Notes under the pieces: generated by a model | The model's database searches: none | Seen by the model: only the letters and a program-made list of their open reading frames with translations | Told to the model about the DNA's origin: nothing | IMG/VR virus record: IMGVR_UViG_3300000976_000008 | Span: 1 to 47,222 of that record | Length of the DNA: 47,222 bases | Direction: 5' to 3' (one strand) | From: a virus | Taxonomy: Duplodnaviria; Heunggongvirae; Uroviricota; Caudoviricetes | Made by a program: the position numbers and the translations under genes | Shown: positions 35,970 through 44,269 of the stretch, piece after piece | Numbering within the stretch: position 1 is the first letter of the stretch | Layout of the letters: each line of letters opens with the position of its first letter

Positions 35970-36817
35970 TATCCGGCAATCTTAAGAAAGGTGATAATAC
36001 TAACGACAGCAAGTATAGCAAAAATGAACCAACCTGAACCACTAGCACCACCACCAATCACGATACTTGGTGCACTCGGTTTCGAGACGGCTATTGGATC
36101 AATCTCATCGAAACCGACCAATTCAACTTCCGCGTCGGTAGCGACTCTTAATTCGCCAGGTGTGATCGTAATATCTGAAAGGCCGATGGAATTCTCAACA
36201 TCGCCATTTTCATTGAGGGATTCGAAAAAGACGGTGGAAGTCTTTTCTGCCGCTCCATCCTCATCGACCTCATCAGGCATGCTAGTAGTCATCGCACCTT
36301 TCAAAACTTCGACGAGTTTATCGTCAAATGTGACTTCAGCCTCTTGAAGCAAAAGCCGTAATGCTGCGAAAGAGTAATTCGCTTTAATCTTCCCGGTAGC
36401 GACATAATTCGTCGTAGTAGTGCCAATCCCCAAGACGCCACCGCGTTTCTTTGCAAATAGAATCTTGAAAGAACGATCATAAGTGTCAGGATAGACCGTG
36501 AATTGCCGACTCTCTTCATCATTTCGAACGAAAATCGGCGATCTCATGAAGCGAGATTCAATATCATATCCCAGACCTACTTCGTCGGGATCTCTCTTAA
36601 CGTCTGGTTTCGGATTTGGTTCAGATGATGACTTTCCAGTTTCGTCAACGACTGTGACGATCTCATCGGAGATCAATTCATGTCGTTCGATGCCAAAAAT
36701 GTAGTAAAACAGTGGAGCAAGAATAACTAGAACCACAGTTCCGCAAACTTTCATGAATTGTCTGCCACCTTCTTCAGCAGCCCCTTCTTTGAAAGCATCT
36801 GTTACATTTTTCGGCAT
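35969..36817 (-). CDS. Membrane protein with N- and C-terminal hydrophobic anchors
   Basis: VCGTVVLVILAPLFYYIFGI and WFIFAILAVVSIITFLKI segments flank an acidic soluble domain. Confidence 0.75.
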   Translation of the reverse strand: MPKNVTDAFKEGAAEEGGRQFMKVCGTVVLVILAPLFYYIFGIERHELISDEIVTVVDETGKSSSEPNPKPDVKRDPDEVGLGYDIESRFMRSPIFVRNDEESRQFTVYPDTYDRSFKILFAKKRGGVLGIGTTTTNYVATGKIKANYSFAALRLLLQEAEVTFDDKLVEVLKGAMTTSMPDEVDEDGAAEKTSTVFFESLNENGDVENSIGLSDITITPGELRVATDAEVELVGFDEIDPIAVSKPSAPSIVIGGGASGSGWFIFAILAVVSIITFLKIAG

Positions 36818-36876
36818 CTTGTTCTTTCTGTTTGTTTGGATATAGAACGACCCCCATTATCGGGGGTCGGTCCATA

Positions 36877-37203
36877 TCAGCCTTCAATAGCTGGTGGGTG
36901 TATCGCAGAGGGAATCTCTGGTGCGACACCGCCAATTTGAACCAAACCCTTTTCCCCAAGCTTCATTCCAGGAACGAAGGTGACGGACTCATCCATCGCT
37001 TCAATGGGGACCTTGCTAATCATCTGTTGCAAGGGCATAGGGTCGGTTAAACTCTGACCAGGATTGGCGGCTACTTCAACATCGGCGAAGACCGTAGTCG
37101 ACACCAACACCAAGCAGCCCATATCGCCCATGTTCTTAGCGAACATTTGGCGGACGACTCTACCATCCCGATCAGTACCAACAATCTTGAAACCGGTCTG
37201 CAC
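36877..37203 (-). CDS. Hypothetical protein coupled to pspA
   Basis: GTG start overlaps the pspA TAG stop (TAGTG at 37201-37205). Confidence 0.65.
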   Translation of the reverse strand: MQTGFKIVGTDRDGRVVRQMFAKNMGDMGCLVLVSTTVFADVEVAANPGQSLTDPMPLQQMISKVPIEAMDESVTFVPGMKLGEKGLVQIGGVAPEIPSAIHPPAIEG

Positions 37204-37883
37204 TAGACCGCACCCTTGTCAGAAGAAGCAGAAGCAGCAGCCATCAGACGTGCAACCTCATCATCGACAGATGCGTCTCCGCTTCCGTACTTCTCTTCGA
37301 GATTCTCAGTATCGTCGGAGCGAAGTTCTTCCCAAGCTTCGGCATCACTCTCAGCGTCTCTCGCAGCTTCTTCGAGATTACCGAGTCGAGCCAGAGGGCC
37401 ACCATCCATACCACTTGCCGACTTGGCGAGATTGGTACGAAGTTGACCACCTGAAATCCGTGCAGCCAGAGTTGCCTGGTTGCTCTTCGCTTTGGCGATC
37501 TTGTTTCTCGCCTGACCAAGTTGCTTCCGGAGACTAGCAACGACATCGTCATTCTTCTGGATCTCGCTAGCGTAGGTCTTCGATTGTGCATCTGCGGCTT
37601 GCTTCTTAGCCACAGCAGAACTCACGTCGGCCTCATTCCCAGCCGCCGCCGCCTTTTGTGCGAGATTACTCCACTTGTCGGCTTCCTTCTCGGAATCCTC
37701 AAGTTGCTTCTTGCGAGTATAGTTCTCTTTCATCAGACGCTGAATGTCAGATTCAAAACCGTTGATCTGCTTCTCAGAGTCGATGATGTCGTACTTTGCA
37801 TCTCGCACAGGATCTCCAATTGCCTCAGCAGCTTCATCCGTCTTTTCACGGAAAAAATTGCCCAATGCTCTAAACAAACTCAT
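37203..37883 (-). CDS. pspA: PspA/IM30 (Vipp1, YjfJ) family protein
   Basis: Amphipathic N-helix MSLFRALGNFFR, DP...L...I.D.EK, long coiled coil, A.KA...GNE, C-terminal L..LE....E..AEA..EL and SVDDEVARL; 226 aa. Confidence 0.9.
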   Translation of the reverse strand: MSLFRALGNFFREKTDEAAEAIGDPVRDAKYDIIDSEKQINGFESDIQRLMKENYTRKKQLEDSEKEADKWSNLAQKAAAAGNEADVSSAVAKKQAADAQSKTYASEIQKNDDVVASLRKQLGQARNKIAKAKSNQATLAARISGGQLRTNLAKSASGMDGGPLARLGNLEEAARDAESDAEAWEELRSDDTENLEEKYGSGDASVDDEVARLMAAASASSDKGAV

Positions 37884-37943
37884 GTTGTGTACCTTTGAAG
37901 GTTTTGTTGATTAACTCGTAGCGTCATCGATCAGCAGATCAAC

Positions 37944-38387
37944 TTAAGCTGCGACAGGTGCCTCGCATCCGACTGCAATGACTTCACGTGAACCCTCAAT
38001 CGCCGTGAGAAGCGATTGCATCGCAGCCACGAGTTCTGATTGTTCGAAATCACCCAGAGGAACAGAATCGACAAGAGTGACGACGTACTCCGAAGGACTT
38101 GTGATAGTCCTGTCATCTTTCTCGGTGATCAGCGAAATCGCATAAGGCGAAATCCGGCTGTTCGCGTCCAACGCGGCGAATGCGAATTCGAGCATTCGTT
38201 CTTCGTTGAGTTCTCCCAAAGTTGCCAATTGACACGTGATCTGGAGGTTTTCTCCATCACTCGTCAGAACAACCGGAATTCCTCCATCAAGTCGAACCAG
38301 AACACAAGTATCATCTTGCTTGGCAACGTAGCCAGCTTGTTCAAGTCCAGTGCAAATCTGCGTCAAATTGTCCATCGTCATTCCCAT
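37944..38387 (-). CDS. YjfI (DUF2170) / YbjN-type chaperone-fold protein
   Basis: About 145 aa with the pattern IPVVLT..GE.LQI...L, ALD.N..I.P...I.L, .VPLGD....EL......L; adjacent to pspA as yjfI is to yjfJ. Confidence 0.7.
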   Translation of the reverse strand: MGMTMDNLTQICTGLEQAGYVAKQDDTCVLVRLDGGIPVVLTSDGENLQITCQLATLGELNEERMLEFAFAALDANSRISPYAISLITEKDDRTITSPSEYVVTLVDSVPLGDFEQSELVAAMQSLLTAIEGSREVIAVGCEAPVAA

Positions 38388-38394
38388 TTCGATT

Positions 38395-39075
38395 TCACTT
38401 CTTCACAAGAGTAATGTCGGTTAGGTTGATATTGCTGCCCTGATAGAATGAAACTACCCCACCGACCGATAGAGTTTCACCATATTCGTCAAGCCCGCCA
38501 ACTTCGAGAATCAACAATTCTGGGTCTTCAACCTCAGACATTGTGTGCAATTCTACAACCGTCGCAGGTTGGGGCATTGAAAGACCAGATGGCTTCGGAT
38601 ATTCCCGATATTCGCCGTGCAATTCTCCACATTTCGTGTCGTATTCCACTGGACCATTATCAGAATCCTGTTCCACAAATTCGGTAAACTCCAAGTCGCA
38701 AGGCTTGAAATCGAACTTGTTTTCTGGTTCCTTAAATAACCAACGCATGTCAGCATTCAGCAGATCACCACGAGACATCGGAACTTCGAAGTCATCTGGT
38801 GCCCAATAAATTCTAACATCCTGTTCTTCCCCAACAATCTTCACCAACAAATGCAATTGTGGTGAAGATTCTGGTTGCCCTTTTAAATCTGCAATAATCC
38901 ATTCGCAGATGTTAGTCTGTTCACGTATCTTTCGAATACGCTCAACTTCTAACTGCAACCCCTCCGTGGCACCCGCGACTCCAGCCTCCATCAAATCCTT
39001 GATGGTCTGCTCATCTGAGAGACAAACAAAATCCCCCACAGCCACTTCTGCCACACGTTCTTTAGTCTCAGCCAT
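38395..39075 (-). CDS. DUF4178 / YjfK (DUF2491)-like protein
   Basis: Acidic beta-rich 226 aa starting VAVGDFV.L; ends G..I.L.DI.L; in the pspA/DUF350 context. SD GAGG before ATG 39075. Confidence 0.6.
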   Translation of the reverse strand: MAETKERVAEVAVGDFVCLSDEQTIKDLMEAGVAGATEGLQLEVERIRKIREQTNICEWIIADLKGQPESSPQLHLLVKIVGEEQDVRIYWAPDDFEVPMSRGDLLNADMRWLFKEPENKFDFKPCDLEFTEFVEQDSDNGPVEYDTKCGELHGEYREYPKPSGLSMPQPATVVELHTMSEVEDPELLILEVGGLDEYGETLSVGGVVSFYQGSNINLTDITLVKK

Positions 39076-39083
39076 CGTTACCT

Positions 39084-39797
39084 CTAGTTGAAAAGGATAG
39101 CACCAATAACAATGCAAACGATCAGAGCAAGTCCGAGGATCACGAGAAAACTAAGAGCACCAGACCCACTATCGACATAGGTCACAGAACCAGGCCGGTC
39201 GTAATAATAATTATTCCTGCTCATGAGAGTATTCATCATTACCATATCAGACATTGCGTCGTACATCATCCAAGACCCACTCGGACCCATGTAACCGTAC
39301 CCACCGTACTGTTGATTATATGACACATTGTAGGTATTCCCGCCAACTTTCGTAGATTGCGGGATGTGCGAAGGACGAGTAGCAGGCTTCGAAGTGTACT
39401 TGGATTTGTACTTGCCAGCATTCTTCGCCTTGAACGACGCAGTCGCATCAGCTTTGGACTTGTAGGCAGTACCAGAAGCCTTTGCTTTGTTGTAGGCTTT
39501 CGTGTCGGCAGCACTTCGTTTCGCCGTCCTAGATGAAGAAGAACCTGACCGAGAAGTAGCACTGCTACTTCGCTTACTACCCCAGGTAGATGATGTCGAT
39601 TTCTTCGAACCACCCCAACTGGACGTCCTAGAGCTACTGCTTCGACGACTGCTGCTTCGACCCCAACCGCTGCTTCGGCTACTGCTTCGACTGAAACTGC
39701 TTCGACCTCTGCCGCGTGCGAATGCGTCACCGACGCCCATCGCACCAATAAAGATGGCAAAAACCAAAACGAACTTAAAGAATTTCATGAATCTCAT
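39084..39797 (-). CDS. Exported Ser/Arg-rich membrane protein, YjfM (DUF1190)-like
   Basis: Signal peptide ending AFA, RSSS-repeat region, WMMY.AM..M.MMN.LM motif, C-terminal TM helix; SD AAGGA. Confidence 0.6.
   Translation of the reverse strand: MRFMKFFKFVLVFAIFIGAMGVGDAFARGRGRSSFSRSSSRSSGWGRSSSRRSSSSRTSSWGGSKKSTSSTWGSKRSSSATSRSGSSSSRTAKRSAADTKAYNKAKASGTAYKSKADATASFKAKNAGKYKSKYTSKPATRPSHIPQSTKVGGNTYNVSYNQQYGGYGYMGPSGSWMMYDAMSDMVMMNTLMSRNNYYYDRPGSVTYVDSGSGALSFLVILGLALIVCIVIGAILFN
39626..39707 (-). repeat. Short CTGCTTCG repeats (5 copies, + strand) encoding Arg-Ser-Ser units
   Basis: ctgcttcg recurs within 39637-39707 inside the SR-rich gene. Confidence 0.75.
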
Positions 39798-39844
39798 GTG
39801 TGTTTCCTTCCGGAGTTTGAGTTGCTTATAACGGTAGCAACTAA

Positions 39845-40720
39845 TTAGATGGCCACGGCGACCGAGAAAGCCCAAGAGAGGGCAACGAAAGTGGCAGCGG
39901 CGACAGCACCAGCCGCAGGATTCTTATCAATAGCAATTTCCTTCGAAAGCTTCTCCGAAGGCAAGAAGAGTTTATCAGCAATGACTCGCATCGAAACGAG
40001 CAACAACATACCGACAGCAGCGATTGAGACCGTAGGAATCAGTTCGGCGACAATGTTGCTACCAGCACCAACCAGAGCCGTCTTCATGATGATTCCACAA
40101 CCGACCAAGAAACCGCCGAAAGAGAGACCAGCAGCTAAATTGTCGTCGTTTTCAATCACGTCATGAACGTCGTAAGAAGTGATCTTCTGGAAGACGAAGC
40201 CTCCAAGAACCAGCATCACTTGTCCGATAGCCCAATAAACCAAAAGATCGACGATACCGTGGCCCCACGAGAGTGAATCACCCGTCAAAGCACCGGCGAT
40301 AATCAACCCTGTCGCAATAGAGCTACCCGCCACCACGAAAGCAGTTCCGCAATTCCGATCAGTTGTGATCTCTTTCTGAATGCTGAACTTGTACAAAATC
40401 GATTTGTCGTTCACCCAAACACTCAGTCTCAGTAAGACGACTGAGAGAAGACCGTAAACCCCAAGTGAAAGGAAAGATTCCCCAACCGAATCGCCACCGA
40501 CACCGTAAGTTGTTCCGCCGAGTGCGATAACGAGTCCGATCATGTAACCAGCAAATGCGATCCCGAAAGCAGGATTGTCCCGCTCAGTGAGTTCGTCATC
40601 GAACGAGAAGCTTGTAGTCTTGTCGAAAACAATTCGACTCAGAAGAATGAATCCGACGATCACCGAGAAAAACGGCACCGCGTAGAAAATCTTCTGCAAA
40701 GTAATCCAAAAATCGCCCAT
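39845..40720 (-). CDS. DUF350 (YjfL / UPF0719) inner-membrane protein, tandem-domain form
   Basis: Multiple TM helices with repeated EL/EI....DN.A.G....G motifs (DELTERDNPAFG, KEITTDRNCGTA, DVIENDDNLAAG, KEIAIDKNPAAG); AGGA before ATG 40720. Confidence 0.88.
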   Translation of the reverse strand: MGDFWITLQKIFYAVPFFSVIVGFILLSRIVFDKTTSFSFDDELTERDNPAFGIAFAGYMIGLVIALGGTTYGVGGDSVGESFLSLGVYGLLSVVLLRLSVWVNDKSILYKFSIQKEITTDRNCGTAFVVAGSSIATGLIIAGALTGDSLSWGHGIVDLLVYWAIGQVMLVLGGFVFQKITSYDVHDVIENDDNLAAGLSFGGFLVGCGIIMKTALVGAGSNIVAELIPTVSIAAVGMLLLVSMRVIADKLFLPSEKLSKEIAIDKNPAAGAVAAATFVALSWAFSVAVAI

Positions 40721-40848
40721 GTCGAGAGTCCTGTTCATCCTATTAGAGTTGGTTTGTGGAATAGTTGTTCGCCCCATGTTGCGAGCAAACGATCCCCGTA
40801 AACCTTAGAGATAGGCGAGTAGGGGAATTGTACCCCTAAAATACACCG

Positions 40849-41979
40849 TCATTTCTTCTTTTGTAATCTCTTCCTCAAGGCAACCAATTGGGAAGGATTC
40901 AACTTCTTGATATTGTCATCATGGACCTTCCTGATCTCAGACAATGACATTTCTAACTTGACGAATAATTCATTCCAATCTTTGATGGTTCTTTCCTCAC
41001 CATCCTCTATATACTTCAATTTTGGAGGGAGTGAAAAGAAAATGTCAAATCCCTCTCTTGAAAACAATGCGTAATTGTCAAGAACGCTTTTAATCCCAGC
41101 CTTATCATTATCAGGAGAAAGTATGATCCCATCTTTCGGACCAAGAATCTTGATTTTACCAATTTGATTAGCAGTAAGAACCGCTCCCCCAGATGCAAGA
41201 GCTTGAGAACCAAGAGTATTCTGATCGAAAATTGCTTCAGTAATGATAACGTATGAAGCGGGTTCGATATCATCAAAGCCGTAAAGAAAATCACCCTTCG
41301 ATCCCTCAGTCATCCCAACAACTTCTCCAGATTTATTACGCACTTCAATATCTGGGAAATTGAATCTCTTATTCAAACGAGATCTACTCTGCCAATAAAC
41401 TAGTGTGTCGAATTCATAATAAGGCCAAAAAACATCCATTCCAAAATGGAATAATTCTGAGCTTTCGATAGATTCAGCAGTATATCCCCTGGTCTTCAGC
41501 CACTTGATCAAGATACTAGCTTGACGATCTTCCGATTCAGCCAAAATCTCCGCACCCTTCGGAAGAGCCACCGCTACCTTTCTCTTGGCCTTCTGATCAG
41601 TGATGCGGCCCTCTGGTCTCAGATAAGAAGAGAGATCCGTAGAGACTCCGAGAACCTCAGAAAGGGCTTCTTTATAAGAGCACTTTTTATAAAGACGAAC
41701 AAGCTTTATGAAGGAACAATTCCTCTTGCCGGTGTCTGGATTTATCGGCCCAGCCCACTCATTACCACGCCAATCGTGGCAACCGCCTTTCTCAGGATTT
41801 ATATTGAAATTGAAACCAGTATCATTATCGAAAGGATTATTGATGCAATACTCGGCACCACCTTTACGATTCTTGAATTCGAAATTAGCTTCAATCCAAG
41901 CTTCAATCTTAGCTTCTGGAAGTTTCTTATATCCGCCGCCAAGTTTGGTTCGATAATCTCTCGCGTTATATTCTGCCAT
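40849..41979 (-). CDS. DNA primase (TOPRIM, gp61/DnaG-like)
   Basis: VIITEAIFD, IILSPDNDKAG (DxD), IKDWNE, WLKTRG; SD GAGGAG before ATG 41979. Confidence 0.88.
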   Translation of the reverse strand: MAEYNARDYRTKLGGGYKKLPEAKIEAWIEANFEFKNRKGGAEYCINNPFDNDTGFNFNINPEKGGCHDWRGNEWAGPINPDTGKRNCSFIKLVRLYKKCSYKEALSEVLGVSTDLSSYLRPEGRITDQKAKRKVAVALPKGAEILAESEDRQASILIKWLKTRGYTAESIESSELFHFGMDVFWPYYEFDTLVYWQSRSRLNKRFNFPDIEVRNKSGEVVGMTEGSKGDFLYGFDDIEPASYVIITEAIFDQNTLGSQALASGGAVLTANQIGKIKILGPKDGIILSPDNDKAGIKSVLDNYALFSREGFDIFFSLPPKLKYIEDGEERTIKDWNELFVKLEMSLSEIRKVHDDNIKKLNPSQLVALRKRLQKKK

Positions 41980-41998
41980 ACTCCTCAAATACAAGAGG

Positions 41999-42898
41999 TT
42001 ATGAGATTGTGAAAATGAACTTTCTACTAACTCTAGTCTGCCCATTAGGCAAGTGTAGAGTAATCTGATACTGGTAAGTTCCTCGCAAGAAATTACTAGT
42101 ATCCAATAAGTATTTCACAACCCATGGATTAGACCGAAATGAACCATGGCGAATAGCAATTTCACATGGTTCATCAGTCGCAAGCACTTCACCATTCTGA
42201 GTCTCAATAGTAATAGTAGGACGCAAGAATGGGATAATCGGATTCACAAGATTGAAATTATAATCATATAATGGAAGAGGCATCAAACCAACTTCCAAAG
42301 GACGAATTTCAGGAGAATTGAAACTCTGATCCAAAGGTTCAAAACCAAACCGAATCGTCTGAAGATCATCATCGCAATACCACTCATCTGGGTAAACCCA
42401 GAAACGATGGCAACACTTCAGCATCTTATGTTCAAACTCAGGATTATCTAGATCGCAATCCTCAAATGCAGTACCCTCTTCACAAGGGTTTTCTGCAAAA
42501 TAGCACCACACATCAAAATAGACGCCAGGAACCGAGAAATCGTCTGGGATGGCGAATGGGAGATGATACCTACCAGGAATAGGTTCACCCTCACCTGGTG
42601 CAGGTGGTTCTGTTCCACATACTCCTATTTCAGTATCTGAACCCTCTTCCTCCTGGCACAGTGGTGCAGGGTATAATGGGACATCATTATTAGTCCCAAC
42701 AAATTCGGATGGGTCCGTAATTGGGATAGTTGAGACTAAGTTATGTGGTACAACTTGATCCTTAAATATTTCAACTTTCCTAATGGCGAAAGGATCAGTT
42801 CCTACACCATTTCTCAAGAAGTCAACATTCAGGTCCACTACCTGCCCTCTTCGAGCAGAAATTCGTGGAAATGCACCATCCAATTGTGAACATATCAT
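41999..42898 (-). CDS. Cys-rich beta-sheet protein of unknown function, possibly a virion component
   Basis: Follows the tail-chaperone locus; Ig-like beta pattern; about 9 Cys; CAAAGATAAG element upstream. Confidence 0.6.
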   Translation of the reverse strand: MICSQLDGAFPRISARRGQVVDLNVDFLRNGVGTDPFAIRKVEIFKDQVVPHNLVSTIPITDPSEFVGTNNDVPLYPAPLCQEEEGSDTEIGVCGTEPPAPGEGEPIPGRYHLPFAIPDDFSVPGVYFDVWCYFAENPCEEGTAFEDCDLDNPEFEHKMLKCCHRFWVYPDEWYCDDDLQTIRFGFEPLDQSFNSPEIRPLEVGLMPLPLYDYNFNLVNPIIPFLRPTITIETQNGEVLATDEPCEIAIRHGSFRSNPWVVKYLLDTSNFLRGTYQYQITLHLPNGQTRVSRKFIFTIS

Positions 42899-42963
42899 TT
42901 CGTATCCTCAATTCTCCCTTATCTTTGATAGGAAGAAGAAGATAAATAGAATTAATATGACAA

Positions 42964-43191
42964 TTAGCGACGACGAGGTCTAGGTATAGAACCCACCGAT
43001 TTCTTTTCTCTCTCAGCTTTATCTTTAAACTCTTTTTCCAATCTCTTCAGGTACCAAGTCCTATCTTCGGCAACCATCTGAGATTGTTCAAACAGAGTAA
43101 ATCGTCCATGATATTTCAGCTGAAATTGTTGCTCCATCAACTGATTATATTGCTTTTCGAATTCTTCGTTAGTTTGACGGGCGAAAAAAGC
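42964..43191 (-). CDS. gp51-like C-terminal chaperone extension, probably reached by frameshift from the upstream gene
   Basis: QLMEQQFQLKYHGRFTLFEQSQM.AEDRTWYLKRL resembles the gp51 C-terminus; no SD-led start; the frame overlaps the upstream gene at a U6 run. Confidence 0.65.
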   Translation of the reverse strand, partial: AFFARQTNEEFEKQYNQLMEQQFQLKYHGRFTLFEQSQMVAEDRTWYLKRLEKEFKDKAEREKKSVGSIPRPRRR

Positions 43192-44221
43192 TCTCCGTAA
43201 TCGGAAGCTCCGTCGTGAATTCATTACCACAATCAGGGCAAGTGACTGTCACAGTATTATCAATACCAGGTGTGTTATCGCGAAGCCATTCACGAATTGT
43301 GGCAGTGTCCTGAGAGTGTAGTTTCTTAATAACATCACGAATCGTGAAAGTATCAGCGACACCCATCACATTGACAATAATCTTTTCCATGTTGTCAGTG
43401 ATAGTATCATCGATTCGCTCCAACTTAGTAGGAGCTGCACCGCGTGGACCACGTGTCTTATTCTTATCACGATTCCTCACGCCACCGGGACGTACCATTT
43501 TGTCTCGTGACTTCTTCTTCGCCAACATATTATTGGCATCGACAGCTCTCAAGAATCTAACAGCCACCCAAAATTCTCTACCCATAGCCTCTGAAAGGTA
43601 AGGCAGAACAATCTTAAATGGTTCATTACCCAATGATTTGTTCGCCCAAGTGATCGTTTTAGCCAGCTCATTCAAATCATAAGCGTGAGTAGAAATCGAG
43701 CCACAATTGGTATTCGGGCAAGTGATGGCAAATTCATAAACATTGCCATGAGTAATACCTCTCAAGTAATAGAGCAAAAAGGTTCTATCACCAAGAAGAA
43801 GGTTAGCAGGATCGAATCCATCTGGGAATTTGCAACATTCCCTAAACAGATAATCCAAAGATTGACCACTCTGAGCTAGACGTTGAGTAGCGAGAATCTT
43901 TTCAGCAGTCTGGCCCATAGCCTTGACTTGGACATTACCATCAGGCCAGCCGTAGTAGATACCCATCGAAGGCAGTTGGCAAGTTTCCCATGGTATCAAC
44001 TTCTCATCTGGTGCATTAAGGAATGCTTGGAGCAAATCCTCATTGCTGGCACCAGGCTCAACAAGATCTTTGAGATTCGCTACGTGCGTCTCAATCTTGT
44101 TAACATCTTCTTCCATTACCTCGGTAGCTGCTTCACCGACTGTAGTCGAAGGTACTGAAGTGTCAGGCCCATCAATATTCAGTTCTTCTTCTGAACCGCT
44201 ATCCTTCTTATCGTCTGACAT
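43169..44221 (-). CDS. Baseplate hub / tail assembly chaperone, T4 gp26-like
   Basis: LPSMG..Y, V.AM....EKIL, LLLGDRTFLLYYLRGITHG..Y.F...CP..C, C-terminal VTCPDCG..F..ELPI..SFF.P. Confidence 0.85.
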   Translation of the reverse strand: MSDDKKDSGSEEELNIDGPDTSVPSTTVGEAATEVMEEDVNKIETHVANLKDLVEPGASNEDLLQAFLNAPDEKLIPWETCQLPSMGIYYGWPDGNVQVKAMGQTAEKILATQRLAQSGQSLDYLFRECCKFPDGFDPANLLLGDRTFLLYYLRGITHGNVYEFAITCPNTNCGSISTHAYDLNELAKTITWANKSLGNEPFKIVLPYLSEAMGREFWVAVRFLRAVDANNMLAKKKSRDKMVRPGGVRNRDKNKTRGPRGAAPTKLERIDDTITDNMEKIIVNVMGVADTFTIRDVIKKLHSQDTATIREWLRDNTPGIDNTVTVTCPDCGNEFTTELPITESFFRPSN

Positions 44222-44269
44222 CTTCAATTCCTGAGAATAATGATTTTATTGTCAGGATATTTACTCTGC

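Noticed and set aside
39266-39831. Overlapping ORFs 39266-39760 (-) and 39502-39831 (+) in the SR-repeat region
   Set aside because: Alternative frames of a stop-poor repeat; the frame with signal peptide, SD and TM anchor is the credible gene.
40819-40837. TAGGGG/CCCCTA hairpin between primase and DUF350
   Set aside because: Only a 6-bp stem with no properly placed U-tract on either strand; not enough to call a terminator.
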